A stretch of DNA of 64,000 nucleotides from Thermoplasmatota archaeon (GCA_038884455.1 JAWABU010000004.1:906-64905); one strand, 5' to 3'; shown: positions 39,692 through 50,180, numbered from the stretch's first letter. Numbers and translations: made by a program. Notes: a model not told the origin generated them from the sequence alone.

Positions 39692-40207
39692 CTATGGTAT
39701 CAACATTTTTTTGATTTTTTTGAGGAAATATTCAAAGATAACAATGACAAACAGAATTGCAATACTCGTTACAACAAACAAAAGGAAACTATACAGAATT
39801 GCTCCTTCAACACCATACGAGGTTACCAGAGTTGATATACTTAGGATAATCCAGATGCCGGCAAGGATCATGGAAAGTATAATTTCAGCACCCCATCCTT
39901 TTTTTGCCGTAAACGTTTCCTCAATGTGGTTTATCTCTTCTTCAGTATCTTTGATGATTTTTTTAACTTCGTCAGAATCGTCTTCAGGGCCGAATGGCTC
40001 TGCTTTTTCATCCTGTTCGTTTTTTTTCTTCAGAGTATCAAGAAAATTTTTATAACAATCCTCAGAATCGAAAAGGAGCGGCTCACCTTGATATCCACAG
40101 TCTTTGCAGATGCTTTTCCATGAGGTGATACCAAAAAGTATGCCTGCATTCATGGTCCCTGCATCAATGCGTCTACTTCCGCAGTTTGGGCATGCCTGAA
40201 TATCCAT
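39692..40207 (-). CDS. zinc-ribbon protein fused to C-terminal 2-TM domain
   Basis: CPNCGS...CKDCGYQG zinc ribbon, an acidic linker and two TM helices. The ribbon is paralogous to ORF 60407..60610. Confidence 0.55.
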   Translation of the reverse strand: MDIQACPNCGSRRIDAGTMNAGILFGITSWKSICKDCGYQGEPLLFDSEDCYKNFLDTLKKKNEQDEKAEPFGPEDDSDEVKKIIKDTEEEINHIEETFTAKKGWGAEIILSMILAGIWIILSISTLVTSYGVEGAILYSFLLFVVTSIAILFVIVIFEYFLKKIKKMLIP

Positions 40208-40260
40208 AATATGATACCAGCTAATTTTTTGTTATGATCATCCGATGTTTTTAGGTGGTA

Positions 40261-40827
40261 CTACTCCCAACGGCGAAACAAGGTATGACGTATGCTGAGT
40301 TGGTCAAGGATTTTTCCAACAATAAAATTAACTAAATCATCAATCGTTTCCGGTTTCTGATAAAACGCTGGCATTGCCGGGAGAATAACTGCTCCTGCTT
40401 CTCGTGCTGCCACCATGTTTCGTAAACCAGGGAGATCCAAAGGAGTTTCTCTGATGACCAGAACCAATTTTCGTCCTTCCTTCAGACAGCAACTTGCCGC
40501 CCGAGCTGTGAGTGTGGTGCTGTACCCTTGTGCGATTGCAGACAGCGTTTTCATACTGCAGGGGACAATAATCATACCGTCGAGATGAAATGAACCACTG
40601 GCAGGACCTGCAGCAAGATCATTATTGTCGTAATATGTGTCTGCAAGTTTCTGAAGATTCTTTGCAGAATATCCTGTTTCATGCTCGAGGATTTTTTTTC
40701 CACCATTGCTAATAATTAAATGAATTTCATGCTTTGTTTTTTTTAATTCTTCAAGAAGACGGATGCCGTAGATACTTCCTGAAGCACCAGTCATACTCAC
40801 CAAATATTTCATACAGTACACCTTCAA
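40261..40827 (-). CDS. ubiX: UbiX-family flavin prenyltransferase
   Basis: SMTGASGSIYGIRLLEEL N-terminus. Flavoprotein fold pattern. Confidence 0.8.
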   Translation of the reverse strand: MKVYCMKYLVSMTGASGSIYGIRLLEELKKTKHEIHLIISNGGKKILEHETGYSAKNLQKLADTYYDNNDLAAGPASGSFHLDGMIIVPCSMKTLSAIAQGYSTTLTARAASCCLKEGRKLVLVIRETPLDLPGLRNMVAAREAGAVILPAMPAFYQKPETIDDLVNFIVGKILDQLSIRHTLFRRWE

Positions 40828-41561
40828 CTCTCTAAAGAAGCAATTAGATCAGTTAATGTTTGTTTCAAATTTTTTTCTTGTTCAAGAGCTGTACCCGTGA
40901 TAAGTATGTTTGCCCCTGCCATTGCTTTTTGCCGTGCTGTTGCCGCATCTCTGATTCCACCGCCGACAAGCAAGGTGATCTTAGTGTTTTTTTTCACACC
41001 AGTGATCAACGCATCTGATACAGGATAGGGTGCACCTGAACCTGCTTCGAGATAAAAAAACTGCATGCCGAGATACTGAGCTGCAAGAGCATAGTTCACG
41101 GCTTGTTGAACATCATCTTTACCGATGAGATCAGCTTCACCGACACGGCCAACAGTCATTCCCGGCTCAACAATAACATATCCCATAGAGAGCGGTTCTA
41201 ATCCTGATTGTTGAACAAACGGTGCCCCTCGGACGTGCTCTCTGATGACGAAATTTAGATTTCGAGAATTGAGTAAACTCATGAAAAAAACCGCATCAGC
41301 GTATTTACTGAGGTATTGTGCACCTGATGGAAAGAGAATGACCGGAAGATCTGAGTTTTTTTTAATTGCAAGTACCGTTTCATCAACTTGCTGGTGTGAA
41401 AGAATGGTTGATCCGCCAACCATGATTGCACTGCTCCCAGCATTGGTGACTATTTGAGCGATTTTTCCTGCGGTTTCTGGTTTCTGTTTATCTGGATCAA
41501 GTAGTGAAAAATGGAGTGTTTTCTTTTTTGACTTTCTGATAAATTGCTGCGCAAGCGTCAT
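40824..41561 (-). CDS. geranylgeranylglyceryl phosphate synthase (PcrB family)
   Basis: LHFSLLDPDK motif. TIM-barrel GGGPS pattern with a C-terminal GGGIR motif. Confidence 0.75.
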   Translation of the reverse strand: MTLAQQFIRKSKKKTLHFSLLDPDKQKPETAGKIAQIVTNAGSSAIMVGGSTILSHQQVDETVLAIKKNSDLPVILFPSGAQYLSKYADAVFFMSLLNSRNLNFVIREHVRGAPFVQQSGLEPLSMGYVIVEPGMTVGRVGEADLIGKDDVQQAVNYALAAQYLGMQFFYLEAGSGAPYPVSDALITGVKKNTKITLLVGGGIRDAATARQKAMAGANILITGTALEQEKNLKQTLTDLIASLES

Positions 41562-41606
41562 TATTTCTCACATCCTCTTGTGTCCTATTTAAAATTTTTG
41601 TACATA

Positions 41607-42386
41607 TTATTGCAACAGATCATGGATGATTTTTTCTGAGCCTGCAACAAGAATATTTGTTCGTTCTTGAAGTGAAAACTCCATATCTAAAATATCTCCT
41701 GCAAGATTGTACACAAAACCTCCTGCTTCACGAACAACAAGTGTTGCTGCCGCAATATCGGTAACTCGAAGGTAGTTACGTTCAACCATATAATAGTCAA
41801 AACCACCTGTTGCGACATAGCACATTTCAAGCGACGAACAGCCAAATGCTCGAACATAGTTTTGAGTTCCAAGATGTGTAGTTTTGATATCGGCGTGTTT
41901 TCCTAAAGCTAAGCAGGAGAGAAGTTCGTTTGCCGGGATTTCTGGAACCATGATACGATGCTTGTTCAGGTAGGCTCCTTTTCCTTTTTCAGCGATAAAA
42001 ACATCTCCTGTTGGAATATGTTGTACAATGCCATATTCAACATCAGAGATTGTTTTTTGTCCAACAGCAAGTGACACTGCATAAAACGGTATTCCCCGAA
42101 CTGCGTTCCGTGTACCATCAACAGGATCAAGAACAAAGGTATATGGTGCATGATGATCGATGAATCCTGCTTCTTCAGAGAGAACATTTATCTTCATTCC
42201 AGATTTTTTAATACAGCGAAGTGCAGCGTCCTCAGCGATTTTGTCAAGATATTTTGTTGGGGTGCCATCTGCACCGATACCAATGTTTTTTCCCATTGCA
42301 TGAAACTCATGAGTTAGGGCTTTTTTGACGGTTCGATGAATGGTTTCAACAGTTTTTAATGCAAGTTGTTTTATTTCTTCATGCAT
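41607..42386 (-). CDS. inositol monophosphatase / fructose-1,6-bisphosphatase family protein
   Basis: DPVDGT motif and a WVLDPIDGT-like region. Confidence 0.8.
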   Translation of the reverse strand: MHEEIKQLALKTVETIHRTVKKALTHEFHAMGKNIGIGADGTPTKYLDKIAEDAALRCIKKSGMKINVLSEEAGFIDHHAPYTFVLDPVDGTRNAVRGIPFYAVSLAVGQKTISDVEYGIVQHIPTGDVFIAEKGKGAYLNKHRIMVPEIPANELLSCLALGKHADIKTTHLGTQNYVRAFGCSSLEMCYVATGGFDYYMVERNYLRVTDIAAATLVVREAGGFVYNLAGDILDMEFSLQERTNILVAGSEKIIHDLLQ

Positions 42387-42401
42387 ATTTATATCACGGT
42401 G

Positions 42402-42890
42402 TTAAATGTTTACTCCAAAGTAGATCAACAAGGATCGGATGTAGACCGTCATTACAATCATACAAAGAGAAGCAAGAACAATGCCACAAAAAATGGTGAT
42501 TAATGATTTTATATTGTTCAGCTGAAAGAGGTATGCGATCAGGGCGCCAGTCCACGCACCGGTAAATGGAATCGGGATTGCAACAAAAATAAAAAGACCA
42601 ACATATTGATACTTGCTGATATGACGATCTGCTTTTCGTCGTGTACGAGCAAATAACCAATCCATGAGTTTACACCAAAAGGAATAGTTTCGCAGGAATT
42701 TTTCAACTCGGTGAAAAAATACCAGGATGAACGGTATCGGAAGAAAATTCCCAAGAACTGCAAGTGGAAACGCCTGCCACCACATCCATTCTAGTTGAAT
42801 CATTGCATAAGGGATAGTATATCGTGCTTCAACCCACGGAAACATGGAAAAAAGAAAGATCTGGGCCCATTCAGGAATGTTTGAAATCAT
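42402..42890 (-). CDS. membrane protein, unknown function
   Basis: 4-5 TM helices. 4-nt overlap with the upstream dihydroorotase-like gene. Confidence 0.5.
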   Translation of the reverse strand: MISNIPEWAQIFLFSMFPWVEARYTIPYAMIQLEWMWWQAFPLAVLGNFLPIPFILVFFHRVEKFLRNYSFWCKLMDWLFARTRRKADRHISKYQYVGLFIFVAIPIPFTGAWTGALIAYLFQLNNIKSLITIFCGIVLASLCMIVMTVYIRSLLIYFGVNI

Positions 42891-44179
42891 CGTTGAGGTT
42901 CACCTATACATGTTCCATAGCCTGGTTTTCCAACCAAGGTGTAGTCATCGATAATCTGTTCTCCTCTGACAAAGACATGTAGGGGAAAGAGAGCAGGCAT
43001 TCCTTCAAATGGAGTCCAACCGCATTTCGAATGAAGAGCGTCCGCATGTATTGTTTGCAGTTTTTTAAAGTCAATGACAATAAAATCTGCGTCTCTGCCG
43101 ATTTCAATTTTACCTTTCGGAATGCCAAGAATCTGTGCCGGCCGTTCACAGAGAAGTGATATCATCTGCCGAAATGAAAGAGCATCTTTTTTAACCTCGG
43201 CAAGCAGTAACGGATACATGGTTTCAACACCAGGGATTCCTGAAGGTGCTTTGTCAAACTCAGTTTCTTTTTCAGTAAGCGTATGTGGTGCATGATCTGA
43301 TTCAAGAACATCGATACTATTATTTTTTATGCCATACCAGAGCGTTTCTCGATCGAATCCTGATCGAAGCGGCGGATTCACTTTATACCACGTTTCATTA
43401 CCCGAGATAGTATCGCAGTCAAAGTAGAGATGATGGGGTGTTACGCCAACGGTGATATGTGCAGGTCGTCTGCGGAGAAGTTCAAATCCTTCAAGAGATG
43501 ATAAATGGCAGATATGAACCGGTGTTGTGATCTGTTTTGCATGCGTGAGGATATTTTTTATCGCCGTAACTTCGCATTCTGAAGGGCGCGCCTGTACATG
43601 ATCCTTTAAATTTCGTTCTACAATCGTATGTTGTTGCAAGCAGGTTTCTGATTCTGCGTGGATCAGGGTTACTTTTTTAGTATGCATAATTTCTTCAAAT
43701 GCGACCTGGAGATTACGTTCATTGAGGTGTAGCGTATTTGTACTCGCTCCTAAAAATATTTTAAAACCATTGCAAACCGAACCAAGTTCTTGTGCCTGGT
43801 TGATGTTCGTATCAGTTATTGCTGCATAGAGGCCAAAATCAACATAGCTTTTTTTCTCAGCAAGTTTTTTCTTCTCACGTATTGCTTCAACAGTGATTGT
43901 CTGAGGATTCGTGTTTGGCATATCATACACACACGATATTCCTCCGTAAGCTGCTGCTTTTGATCCTGAAGAAAAATCTTCTTTTTTTGGAAATCCTGGG
44001 TCGCGGAAATGAACATGCAGGTCGATACCAGCGGGAAGAATAAGTTTTGAGCCGAAGCTGATATGATCATCTGATTTCAAGGTTTTTTTAATCTCACTGA
44101 TCTTTCCCTGTGTAATGCCAAGGCAGCATGATTCAAACGTGCCGTTGATGTAGATTTTTCCTTCAATTGTGCGATCCAT
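42887..44179 (-). CDS. pyrC: dihydroorotase-like cyclic amidohydrolase
   Basis: DLHVHFRDPG metal-binding motif and an amidohydrolase fold. Start set at the internal Met (MDRTIEGKIYINGTF) to avoid overlap with AMMECR1. Confidence 0.75.
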   Translation of the reverse strand: MDRTIEGKIYINGTFESCCLGITQGKISEIKKTLKSDDHISFGSKLILPAGIDLHVHFRDPGFPKKEDFSSGSKAAAYGGISCVYDMPNTNPQTITVEAIREKKKLAEKKSYVDFGLYAAITDTNINQAQELGSVCNGFKIFLGASTNTLHLNERNLQVAFEEIMHTKKVTLIHAESETCLQQHTIVERNLKDHVQARPSECEVTAIKNILTHAKQITTPVHICHLSSLEGFELLRRRPAHITVGVTPHHLYFDCDTISGNETWYKVNPPLRSGFDRETLWYGIKNNSIDVLESDHAPHTLTEKETEFDKAPSGIPGVETMYPLLLAEVKKDALSFRQMISLLCERPAQILGIPKGKIEIGRDADFIVIDFKKLQTIHADALHSKCGWTPFEGMPALFPLHVFVRGEQIIDDYTLVGKPGYGTCIGEPQR

Positions 44180-44786
44180 CGAGTTTTTTCTCCTGTATTG
44201 TTCCTTTCGGTGTTTGTTCAGCAAAAATCTGACCGGTGAATTTTGAAATTCGTATGTCTTTATCAAACCAAGCATCTGGGAGAAGTCCCGCTTTCATGCA
44301 GGTTTGTGAAAGGAATTCTTCGGTATCCCAGCCTTGTTCGACGGGAACCTGCGGGAGGAGCAGACCTGCAAAGAACCCTTGTTCAACAATAAGACCGTCT
44401 CGTCCGATTTTGATATGTTGAGGATATTCTGATGGTTTTGAGACAGTAATGAGTTCTGGTTTTGTCAGAATAGTTACTTCGACAACAATGCTGTCGAGTT
44501 CTTCTTTTCTGAGTGGGGGAAAGCGTGGATCATGGGTTGCTGAGACCGCTGCATCGGTGATCGCGTGTTTGAGTTGCTTGACCGGGAGAGGTATCCCGAT
44601 GCATCCTCTCAGTTGATATTCTGGGTAGGTGTGAATAGTAACGAAAACTCCATGTTTTTCAGAAAATGTTGCTGGAAGGTTTTGTACTTCAAGTTTTTGA
44701 TGTTGAACGTGTTGTTCGATGGTTGTTCGTGCAAGACGAACTGCTTGAATTCCATCTTCTTGTGATAGCATCATAGCAAGAACCAC
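44163..44786 (-). CDS. AMMECR1-domain protein
   Basis: Conserved AMMECR1 block ..LRGCIGIP... Confidence 0.75.
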   Translation of the reverse strand: MVLAMMLSQEDGIQAVRLARTTIEQHVQHQKLEVQNLPATFSEKHGVFVTIHTYPEYQLRGCIGIPLPVKQLKHAITDAAVSATHDPRFPPLRKEELDSIVVEVTILTKPELITVSKPSEYPQHIKIGRDGLIVEQGFFAGLLLPQVPVEQGWDTEEFLSQTCMKAGLLPDAWFDKDIRISKFTGQIFAEQTPKGTIQEKKLDGSHN

Positions 44787-44852
44787 CTCATCTTTTTCTG
44801 CTGTGCACTTTTGTAGAAAGAAATAAACAAGAAGAATAAAAACAATATTTTT

Positions 44853-47800
44853 TTATCCTTCTATCTCTCGGAGTAGGATAATATCGTAAGTTCTGGCGAT
44901 GTCAACTTCGTCTTCTCGTAGGTCGAGATATCCAGCAAAACGATACGTTACGTTTTGACCGAGTTCTTGTCTAGTTTCTTCAACGGTCACATTGTAGCGT
45001 CCTGGTTTAAGTTCAACGGTATATCGACCATGTTCATCTGATCTTTTTGATGCATATTGTGCGGTGTTATTTTCGTCAGAATAATCAGGTATAAAGTCGA
45101 TTGAGATGTTAGCTGTTGGTAAACCGTTGTACAGCGTTTTACCTTGGATGGTTACTGATTTTTTAAGAAGTGCAATATTATAGGTTGCAACACCTTGGCC
45201 GATTGGTATATCCAGAGCTCCAGTAAAGCTGTAGAATCCTTGTTCACCATCGTAATTCACCGTGACGTTGTATGAACCTGGTTGGAGTTGTACAGAATAC
45301 ATACCAGTTTCATCAGTAGTTGCAGATGTGCTCTGAGCAGTATTATTCTTCACAGATCTGTTCGCAGTAAATTGTATAGGTATGTTACCAAGAGGTGTCG
45401 TTCTATGTTGAGTTGATCCTGTGACCGTAATTGGTGCGTAGGTGATTGAGATATTTTGAACCTTTGTTTTGTTTGCCTCAAGGTTGATGGTTTGTTCTTT
45501 TGCATAATCAAGATATTTTGTGGTACTGTTGCGTTTGGTGACATTGAGGACATAATTCCCAGGTATAATAGAGCTAAATGAGTATGAACCATCAGCACCG
45601 GTAATCATCGTGTTGACGACTTTTCGATCAGTTTCTGTATAAATCAGTTCAACAGTGACATCAGGCATTTCTTCTCCATGGTCAACTTTGTTGTTTTTGT
45701 TTGCATCAAAGTAGACGATACCGTTGACTGCAGCTGGTTGTGGTTTTGACATGTTATACGTGTTGTTCCCCGGGTAGATAAACACATAGTTTTCATGGAT
45801 TCTGAAATCGTCATATACTGCTTGGATTAGATAGATACCAGGCATGAGATCTGATGCCTGGTAGTATCCATGTTCATCAGTGGTGAGTTGTCGTAGATTT
45901 TCATAACCATATTCTTTTGGCTGACCAGGACGTGTTGGGTCATTGAGGGGGTAGAATTCTTTGATTTCTATGAGCGTAATTGAAGCATTATGAAGCGGTG
46001 TATCGATCGATGTATTATAGGATTCATCATAGTCGTTGTTTGCATATACGTAGCCTTGGATAACTCCGGGTATAACTTCGATGTTGAGCGTCCGTTCGTA
46101 GTTTGTTCCTTGTTTTCGCATTGCTTCATCATCGGTAATGGGTGCTTGTTCTGGATCAGTTTCACTGTTGAAATGAACGGCTTTTATGGGAAATGCATTC
46201 ATCCCGAGCTCTGGATTTCGCCGTAACTCAAGAGTTATGTTTCCTGCAGGTGCAATGACTTGGAACATGCCGTTAGCTGCTTTTGTAGTATCATGATCAA
46301 TTCCAAGAGATGTTCCATATAATGAAATGTTTTTCCGTACAACTACTTGGACGTCCAATGGTTCACCTTTGTACGTTATTGTTCCGTTGATTTTTGCTCC
46401 TTCATAATATTTTGCAATTACGACCGAAACAAATCCTTGAGTTCCCGGGTAGGGTAATGTTGAAACGTAATCTGCGGTGAAATGTTTTAGACCCCAACAG
46501 GGGACTTGAAGGAGCTGATTTTTTACAGTTTCTAAAACTGTACTCTCCCCAAGATAGGTTCGATAGAACATCGTATTGTTATACGCAGGTTTTGATACAA
46601 CTGCAGTATCGGTGATTGAAATACTTCTTCGTTCAGATGCGGACATGGCGTTGAGTTGTGCAGCAGTCCAGGTTTGTTCAGATCCGATCTGCTGGCCGGT
46701 TTGAGGATTGACTTTATAGCCTTTGTATCGTACCTGGATGAAATCATCTTCGGCATTGTGAAACCGTTCACTACTTGCGGTTCGTAATGCATGTAACACT
46801 AGGCTTTTATCACCAAGGAAACCAAAGATGTTGAAAATGTCACGGTCATATCCTTCGGCGCCATAATATCGAATACTTCGTCCGGTTGCTTCTTGGAGAT
46901 CATGGTATAACCAGGTTACTTGCTCTTCAGTTAATGTATGGTTTAAAACCGCGGTGATATCATGATAATACACATTTTCGATAAATTGTTCACCGACAAC
47001 AAGATCTTTACTTAATTCTTTATCATATTCTGATCCGATTGGTTTTAAATATGATGGTGCTTTTTGTGGTTTTTCAATCCAGGAAAGGAGATCAGAATAG
47101 GTAATATTTACATAGGTTACGTTTTTCACGGTAAATGGATCATGGGTGATATTGCTGAGATGTTTTTGAAGCACTGCTACAGTTGTCGGTGAAAATGATT
47201 TTTCATGCTGTTGGAAATCGCCTTCAAGGAGGCGAATGATGAAGACGATGACTGCTTCTTTTTCACTAGTTGCCGTATGGAGGTTAGCTGCAGGTGGTAT
47301 ACCATCTTGGAAGTTGTCAGCAACGGTTGGATGATCACCAACTGCTACTTCATAAAACCCGTAATCCCACCATGAGATGAACGCAGGTCGATCAACTGGA
47401 TTTTCGATATGTGTGTCTTGTTGTTTGAGCCATGAGAAAGCATCAACCCAGTATTGTTCTTTATATGAACTTGAGCCAAATGCTCCTGAAAAGTTTTTTC
47501 CGAAGTAATCGATTTTAAAATTACTCGTTTTATTTTTAGATGCTGCGTAGGGTACTGCTGCATCAAGTGATAAGAAGACATTTGGCATCATAATTAAAAA
47601 GAAGATAAATAAAACGCCAAGAACCTGATACATTTTGATTCCTTTTCTGAGACTTCGGAGTCCACCACCAGCATGTCGAATGTTTTTAATCATGCTGCTG
47701 TAGTTTACTTTTTCAATGAGATACCAGATGACAAAACCTGCAAGGAGTGCAACAACCGGGACAACATCATTGAGGAAACGACCTGCGGTCCCCGCAAGCC

Positions 47801-49136
47801 AGATATTGATTAAGAAGAGCATAATGATGAATAAGTGTTCTCGTTTTTTCTGCCGGTAGAATCTGATGAGTACAAGAATAAATCCAATCCAGGCAAGCGC
47901 AAGCAGTGCAGGACCATAGGACATCCATGATCTGCTGATATTGTAGGTTCCTGCTTCTGCGATAGTCAGATCAACTTTCGATCCGTAGATACCAGCGGTT
48001 CCATAGAGAATTCCTGAGATTCGACCAAGTGGTTTTAGAAAAGGATACGTTTCTGTTAAATCAGGAACGAAAAACAGAAAGATTGCGAAAGCTGCTGCGG
48101 TGATAGCAAGTAATGAAAATGAAAGAACCCAAGGTATTTTCTTCTTGTCAATTATGTAACAGAAAACTCCCAGTGCAGCAATGAGTATACAGATCATGAG
48201 TTGGTTTTCAAAATAGAATTGTTCCATTCTCGTTATTCGTACTGGCAGGGATATGAAATATCCGACAAAAAGAATGATTGCCATATTTTGTGCAAATCCT
48301 TGATTGATTTTTTTCGTGAAGATGTCAATGAGGATTTGAGCAATCACATAAATTCCGATGATGACAAAGAGGAATTGTGCTTCGACCCATACAAGTGAAA
48401 GACCTGCAACGCAAAGACCAGCAAGAAATGCATAGACCATCGAGTTGATTCTGTCTTTCTCAGTAATACTTTTCACCAGAAACATAAAGGTGAGGAAGAA
48501 GAGTAGCAAGTTTAATGAGTCATGATCGAACAGGCCATATGCTGAACCGTGACCAGATGCGATATGGATTGGGATGATTGCGATAAGTAGGGCAGCAATG
48601 ATTCCTTCTTTTCGTCCAAATAATGTTTTTCCTATATAATAGATGGGGATAATGAGTAACGCGCCGAATAATGCTGGGACAAATTGCATAGAATACCCAA
48701 GTGCATCAGATTGGCTCATAAACGGTGTGAGGAGGTTACTAAATCCAATTGCAAGCATGTTGAGGAGTGGTGCTCGACCTCCGCTTCTACCGATAGGGTA
48801 ATTTAATAATGGGTCGTTTTCAGAATAGTAGGGATATCGTCCTGTTTGTACGGTTTCTTCAACAAGACGCATGTTGTAATACGGGTCAGGACCAGAGAGA
48901 TAAAATTTTTCATCAAGTGTTGTTCCTTCTGGATTGAGATTAACATCAGAGATGAAGTTAAAATAGGTATTCATCAGTAAAACAAGACAAAAAATACCGA
49001 TTAGCGTAACTGTAGTCCATGAGTTTTTTTTCAATTTAATGAAATGTCGTTCTGGTTTGACTTCTTTTGTTGTTGATTCACTAGATGGTGATGATGAGGT
49101 GGTTGTTTCCATTTTAAATTGGGCTCGTTTCCGCAT
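44853..49136 (-). CDS. aglB: archaeal oligosaccharyltransferase AglB (STT3 family) with long C-terminal extension
   Basis: WWDYG motif (ISWWDYGFYE) and a 13-TM N-terminal domain. About 600 aa C-terminal with four CarboxypepD_reg-like repeats (..DEHGYYQ..PGIYL.., ..ADGSYSF..PGNYVL.., ..DETGMYS..PGSYNV.., ..DEHGRYT..PGRYNV..). Confidence 0.9.
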   Translation of the reverse strand: MRKRAQFKMETTTSSSPSSESTTKEVKPERHFIKLKKNSWTTVTLIGIFCLVLLMNTYFNFISDVNLNPEGTTLDEKFYLSGPDPYYNMRLVEETVQTGRYPYYSENDPLLNYPIGRSGGRAPLLNMLAIGFSNLLTPFMSQSDALGYSMQFVPALFGALLIIPIYYIGKTLFGRKEGIIAALLIAIIPIHIASGHGSAYGLFDHDSLNLLLFFLTFMFLVKSITEKDRINSMVYAFLAGLCVAGLSLVWVEAQFLFVIIGIYVIAQILIDIFTKKINQGFAQNMAIILFVGYFISLPVRITRMEQFYFENQLMICILIAALGVFCYIIDKKKIPWVLSFSLLAITAAAFAIFLFFVPDLTETYPFLKPLGRISGILYGTAGIYGSKVDLTIAEAGTYNISRSWMSYGPALLALAWIGFILVLIRFYRQKKREHLFIIMLFLINIWLAGTAGRFLNDVVPVVALLAGFVIWYLIEKVNYSSMIKNIRHAGGGLRSLRKGIKMYQVLGVLFIFFLIMMPNVFLSLDAAVPYAASKNKTSNFKIDYFGKNFSGAFGSSSYKEQYWVDAFSWLKQQDTHIENPVDRPAFISWWDYGFYEVAVGDHPTVADNFQDGIPPAANLHTATSEKEAVIVFIIRLLEGDFQQHEKSFSPTTVAVLQKHLSNITHDPFTVKNVTYVNITYSDLLSWIEKPQKAPSYLKPIGSEYDKELSKDLVVGEQFIENVYYHDITAVLNHTLTEEQVTWLYHDLQEATGRSIRYYGAEGYDRDIFNIFGFLGDKSLVLHALRTASSERFHNAEDDFIQVRYKGYKVNPQTGQQIGSEQTWTAAQLNAMSASERRSISITDTAVVSKPAYNNTMFYRTYLGESTVLETVKNQLLQVPCWGLKHFTADYVSTLPYPGTQGFVSVVIAKYYEGAKINGTITYKGEPLDVQVVVRKNISLYGTSLGIDHDTTKAANGMFQVIAPAGNITLELRRNPELGMNAFPIKAVHFNSETDPEQAPITDDEAMRKQGTNYERTLNIEVIPGVIQGYVYANNDYDESYNTSIDTPLHNASITLIEIKEFYPLNDPTRPGQPKEYGYENLRQLTTDEHGYYQASDLMPGIYLIQAVYDDFRIHENYVFIYPGNNTYNMSKPQPAAVNGIVYFDANKNNKVDHGEEMPDVTVELIYTETDRKVVNTMITGADGSYSFSSIIPGNYVLNVTKRNSTTKYLDYAKEQTINLEANKTKVQNISITYAPITVTGSTQHRTTPLGNIPIQFTANRSVKNNTAQSTSATTDETGMYSVQLQPGSYNVTVNYDGEQGFYSFTGALDIPIGQGVATYNIALLKKSVTIQGKTLYNGLPTANISIDFIPDYSDENNTAQYASKRSDEHGRYTVELKPGRYNVTVEETRQELGQNVTYRFAGYLDLREDEVDIARTYDIILLREIEG

Positions 49137-49222
49137 AGATATTCACCTAAAGAATAACGAGAACCGTAAATCTGTGGTCTTATAAATATCTATCTCATAG
49201 CAGGGTTTGTTTTTTCTCGATA

Positions 49223-50095
49223 TTACATGACCTGTTTTTTGAGCAGCTCAGCAATACATGGTGCAACTGATACCGTACTATAGTTACTCTGTATTGTATC
49301 GGTTGCGATAATTTCGTCGCATCCTGCTGTTGTAAGTTTTTGTTGTGCATCACCGATAAACAGCCCATGGGTACAGGCTACAGTTACTCTGTTTGCTTTT
49401 TGTCGTTTGAGTTCTCGTATTGATTGCGCCATGGTGCCCCCAGTTGATATGATATCATCGATAATTGCAACGTTTTTTCCTTTTGCATCGAGATGTTTTG
49501 GTTTCATGGTGACGGTTGTTCCATCGATTCTGGTTTTTTCGATATAATCATAGTCACATCCAATGATTTTCGCTGCATGTTTCGCTCGGTTTTTCGCTCC
49601 TTTGTCTGGCGCTAAGATAAAATCAATATCTTTCTTTTTGAGATATGTGGCTATTTCTGCAACAGCACTACATCCATACGCGGGAACCGTAAAAAATTGC
49701 AAGAGGTGATCTTTATGGGGATCAACTGTTATAATTGTTGACGCGTTGATGCTGATGAGCTGTGCAAGTGCTTGTGCACTGATCGGTTCTCCTGGTTCAA
49801 ATTTTTTGTCTTGTCGGTTATACCCAAAATACGGTATGACAACTGTTATTTTTTTCCCGCCAGCTTCATGGACAGCATTTTGCATAATGAACAGTTCGAC
49901 AAGGTTTGGATCTGGATAGGTTGTTTGCACGATGATGATGTGTTCATTGGTGATATCATCGTGGATCCGGATGTAAAATTCAGTATCTGGAAAACGTTTT
50001 GTTGTTCTAGTAAGTAATGGTTCGTGGAGAATTTCTGCGATTTTTTGTGCAAGGGGTTCAGATGCAGTTCCTGCAAGTATTGGCATGTTAATCAA
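49223..50095 (-). CDS. prs: ribose-phosphate pyrophosphokinase
   Basis: PRPP synthetase pattern, including the PRPP-binding loop (DDIISTGGT). Confidence 0.85.
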   Translation of the reverse strand: MINMPILAGTASEPLAQKIAEILHEPLLTRTTKRFPDTEFYIRIHDDITNEHIIIVQTTYPDPNLVELFIMQNAVHEAGGKKITVVIPYFGYNRQDKKFEPGEPISAQALAQLISINASTIITVDPHKDHLLQFFTVPAYGCSAVAEIATYLKKKDIDFILAPDKGAKNRAKHAAKIIGCDYDYIEKTRIDGTTVTMKPKHLDAKGKNVAIIDDIISTGGTMAQSIRELKRQKANRVTVACTHGLFIGDAQQKLTTAGCDEIIATDTIQSNYSTVSVAPCIAELLKKQVM

Positions 50096-50180
50096 AGACC
50101 CGTTATCCTTGATGATGTTTTTAGGGGTTTCGTAAGAAAGTTTTTATAAGTGTTTTTCGCTTCGTATTTTTATAACGGAT

